64,000 nucleotides of DNA, taken from the human T2T-CHM13v2.0 reference genome, Homo sapiens. The DNA is taken from assembly GCF_009914755.1 (NCBI RefSeq), contig NC_060940.1, one strand, 5' to 3'. The notes under the pieces were generated by a model, which saw only the letters and a list, made by a program, of their open reading frames with translations, ran no database searches and had not been told where the DNA came from. The position numbers were made by a program, and so were the translations under genes. Shown here piece by piece: positions 60,801 to 64,000 of this stretch (position 1 is its first letter; each line of letters opens with the position of its first letter).

Positions 60801-63681
60801 TTTTGATAATGATACCATTCAGTTACATTTGATGATGATCCCATTCAATTTCATTTGATGGTGATTCCATTAGAGTCCATTCGATGATTTCATTCGAGTC
60901 CCTTCATTGATTCCATCCGATTTCATTGGATGATGACTCCATTCGAGTCCATTCGATGATTCCACTCGATTCCATTAGATGATTCCATTGGAGTCCATTT
61001 GATTGTTCCATTCGATTCTATTCGATTCCTTTCGAAGATTATTCCATTTGAGTCCATTCGATGATGATTCCATTCCATTCCATTCCATGATTCCGTTTGA
61101 TTCCATTCGATGATTCCCTTCGATTCCTTTCTTTGATGATTCCATTCCATTCCATTCAATGATTCCATTCGAATCTATTCCATGATGATTCCTTTCGATT
61201 CCATTCGCTGATGTTTCCGTTCAATTCCATTCGATGATGATTCCATTCGATTCCATTCATTGAGGATTCCATTTGATTCCATTCAATGATGATTCCATTC
61301 TATTCCATTCAATGATTGCATTCAATTCCATTCAATGATTATCCCATTAGAGTAAACTCAAAGATTCCATTCAATACCATTCGATGATGATTCCTTTTGA
61401 GTCCATTCAATGATTTCATTCAAGTCCATTTGATGATTCCTTTCAATTCCATTCTATGATGATTCCATTCGAGTCCATTCGATGATTCCATTCGATTGCA
61501 TTCGATGATTCCATTATATTCCATTCAACGATGATTCCATTCGAGTCCATTCGATGATTCCGTTAGAGTACATTTAATGATTGCTTTGTTTTCAATTCGA
61601 AGATGATTACATTGGATTCCATTCTATGATACCATTCGATTCCATTCAATGATGATTCCACTCAAATCCATTGGATGATTCCATTCGTGTCCATTCGGTG
61701 ATTTCATTAGATTCCATTCGAGGATGATTCCATTCGATTCCATTCGATGATTCCATTCAATTCCATTCGATGATGATTCCATTCCAGTCCATATGATCAT
61801 TCCATTTGATTTCATTCGATGATGATTCCATTCGATTCCATTCAATGATTCCATTCTATTCCATTCGATGATGATTCCATTCGAGTCCATTCGATGATTC
61901 CATTCGAGTCCATTTAATGATTCCATTGGGTTCAATTCAATGATGATTACATTGGATTCCGTTCTATGATTCCATTCAATTCCGTTCATTGACAATTTGA
62001 TTCCATTCGATGATGATTCCATTTGAGTTCATTCGATGATTCTATTCGATTCTCTTCGATGGTGATTCAATTCTATTATATTGGATGATTCCATTCGATT
62101 CCATTTGATGTTGATTCAATTCGATTCTATTCGATGATGATTCCATTGGATTTCACTTGATGATTCTATTCGATTCCATTCAATGATGATTCACTTCTCG
62201 TCCATTGGATGATTCCATTTCATTCCATTCGATGATGATTCCATTCGATTCCATTCGATGATTCCATTTGATTCCATGCGTCGGTGAGCAATTCGATTCA
62301 ATTCCATGATGATTCTATTTGATTCAATTAGATGATGTTTCCATTCGAATCCATTCCATGATTATTCCATTGGAATCCATTCGGCGATGATTCCATATGA
62401 GTCAATTCAATGATGATTCCATATGGGTCCGTTCGATGATAATTCCATTTGATTTCATTCGATGCTTCTATTCTATTCCAGTCGATGATGATTCCGTTGG
62501 AGTCCATACGATGATTCCATTTGATTTCATTTGATGATGATTCCATTCGATGATGATTACATTGGATTCCATTCTATGATTCCATTCAATTCCATTCGTT
62601 GATGATTCGATTCCATTCAATGATGATTCCATTTGAGTTCATTCGATGATTCTATTCGATTCCGTTCGATGGTGATTCAATTCTCTTATATTGGATGATT
62701 CCACTCGATTCCATTTGACGATAATTCCATTGGAGTCCACTTAGTGAATCCTTTAGATTCTACTCGAAGATGATTCCATTCGAGTCCATTCGATGATACC
62801 ATTCAATTTCATTCGTTGATGCTTCCATTCAAGTGCATTCGATGATATCATTCGATTCCATTTGATGATAATTCCATTTGATTCCATGCGATGATTCTAT
62901 TCGATTCCATTCAACGACAATTCCATTCAATTCAGTGATTCCTCTGGACTCCATTTGATGATGATTCCATTCAATGATTCCATTCGATTCTATTCGAAAA
63001 TGATTCCATTTGAATCCATTTGATGATGATTCCATTAGATTCCATTTGATGATTCCATTCGATTCCATTCAATGATGATTCCATTCGATTCCGTTTGATG
63101 ATTCCATTCTATTCTATTCGATGATGATTCCATTCGATTCCATTCGATGATGATTGGATTCGATTCCATTTGATGATTTCATTTGATTCCATTCGTTAAT
63201 GATTTCGATCAATTCCATTCGATGATTCCATTCGATTCCATTCGATAATGATTACATCCGAGTCCATTCGATGATTCCCTTTGAGCCTGTTCGATAATTC
63301 CATTTGAGTCCAACCAATGATTCCATTCATTTCCATTCAATGATTCCATTCGAGTCCATTTGATCATTCCGGTAGGGTCCATTCGATGTTGATTCCATTG
63401 GAGTGCATTCGATGATTCCATTCGAGTCCATTTTAGGATTTGATTCGAGTCCTTTCGATGATTCCATTCGATTCCACTCGATGATGATTTCATTCGAGTC
63501 CATTCGACACTTCCAATCGATTCCATTTGATGATTCCATTCGAGTCCAATTGATGATTCCATTCAATTCCATTCGATGATGATTCCGTACGATTCCATTC
63601 TGTGATGATTCCATGTGATTGCATTCAATGATGATTCCTTTCGATTGCATTCGATTATGATTCATTTCGTGTTCATTCTAT
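57826..63681 (+). repeat. Higher-order unit B4 (5856 bp), followed by the start of another C-type unit at 63682
   Basis: Same length and indels as B1; the next head carries the C-type variants GGTTTCCATTCGTGTCC and TTTCTAATCGATG. Confidence 0.9.
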
Positions 63682-64000
63682 GGTTCCACAGGTTTCCATT
63701 CGTGTCCATTCCATTATTCCATTCTATTCCATTTGATGATGATTCCATTCGATTCCATTCCTTGGTGATTCCACTCAATTCCATTCAATGATTCCATTCC
63801 ATTTCTTTCAACAATGATTCCATTAGTTTCTAATCGATGATCCACTTGATTCCATTTGACGACGATTCCATTCTTGTCCATTCGATGATTCCATTTGATT
63901 CCATATGATGATGATTCCATTCGATCCCATACCATGATGATTCCATTCGAGTCCATTCAATGGTGATTCCATTCAATTCCATTCGATGATTCCTTTCGAT

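Larger units (their letters stand above)
1..64000 (+). repeat. Human Satellite II (HSat2/HSATII) pericentromeric tandem array, CATTC strand on +; probably HSat2B-type (~6.1-kb unit)
   Basis: Continuous ATTCCATTCGATTCCATTCGATG(ATG) and GAGTCCATTCGATG monomers of 23/26 bp. The frequent CATTCGATTC 10-mer is typical of HSat2 rather than HSat3 (CATTCCATTC). No orientation change seen. Subfamily assignment is inferred from unit length only. Confidence 0.97.

Noticed and set aside
436-63956. Numerous short minus-strand ORFs (60-164 aa) rich in M, E, S, N, G, I and W
   Set aside because: They are conceptual translations of the GAATG strand. They overlap in several frames, recur with the repeat period, open and close with single substitutions, and show no recognisable domain.
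1-64000. CRISPR-like array or repeat-spacer system
   Set aside because: There is no constant repeat alternating with unique spacers; all variable segments are degenerate monomers that recur in each unit, and no cas or RT genes are present.
1-64000. Inversion breakpoint, HSat3 domain or alpha satellite
   Set aside because: No GAATG-strand tract is seen on +, pure CATTC runs are at most about three copies, and there is no 171-bp monomer.

Overview
The whole 64 kb window is one uninterrupted, single-orientation tandem array of human-type Satellite II (HSat2/HSATII): CATTC-derived 23/26-bp monomers such as (ATTCCATTCG)2ATG(ATG), with the CATTC strand on +. I see no real genes, RNA genes, CRISPR array or transposon insertion. 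The minus-strand 'MESNGIIEWN' ORFs are translations of the satellite. Cutting at the once-per-unit landmark GGTTCCACAGG gives units of 4114, 5856, 6161, 4127, 5206, 2255, 2255, 4078, 7155, 6112, 6089, 4075 and 5856 bp. A ~6.1-kb unit fits the HSat2B subfamily, whose main array is at 16q11.2, but I cannot confirm the locus from sequence alone. The units form three families (A ~4.1 kb, B 5856 bp, C 6112 bp) in a recurring A-B-C super-repeat of ~16.1 kb. That pattern is interrupted by a 650-bp deletion, a 2255-bp triplication, a 1299-bp insertion from a C-type donor and an extra C unit. I found no new coding system; the interesting content is the array architecture. All coordinates and variant comparisons were read by eye.
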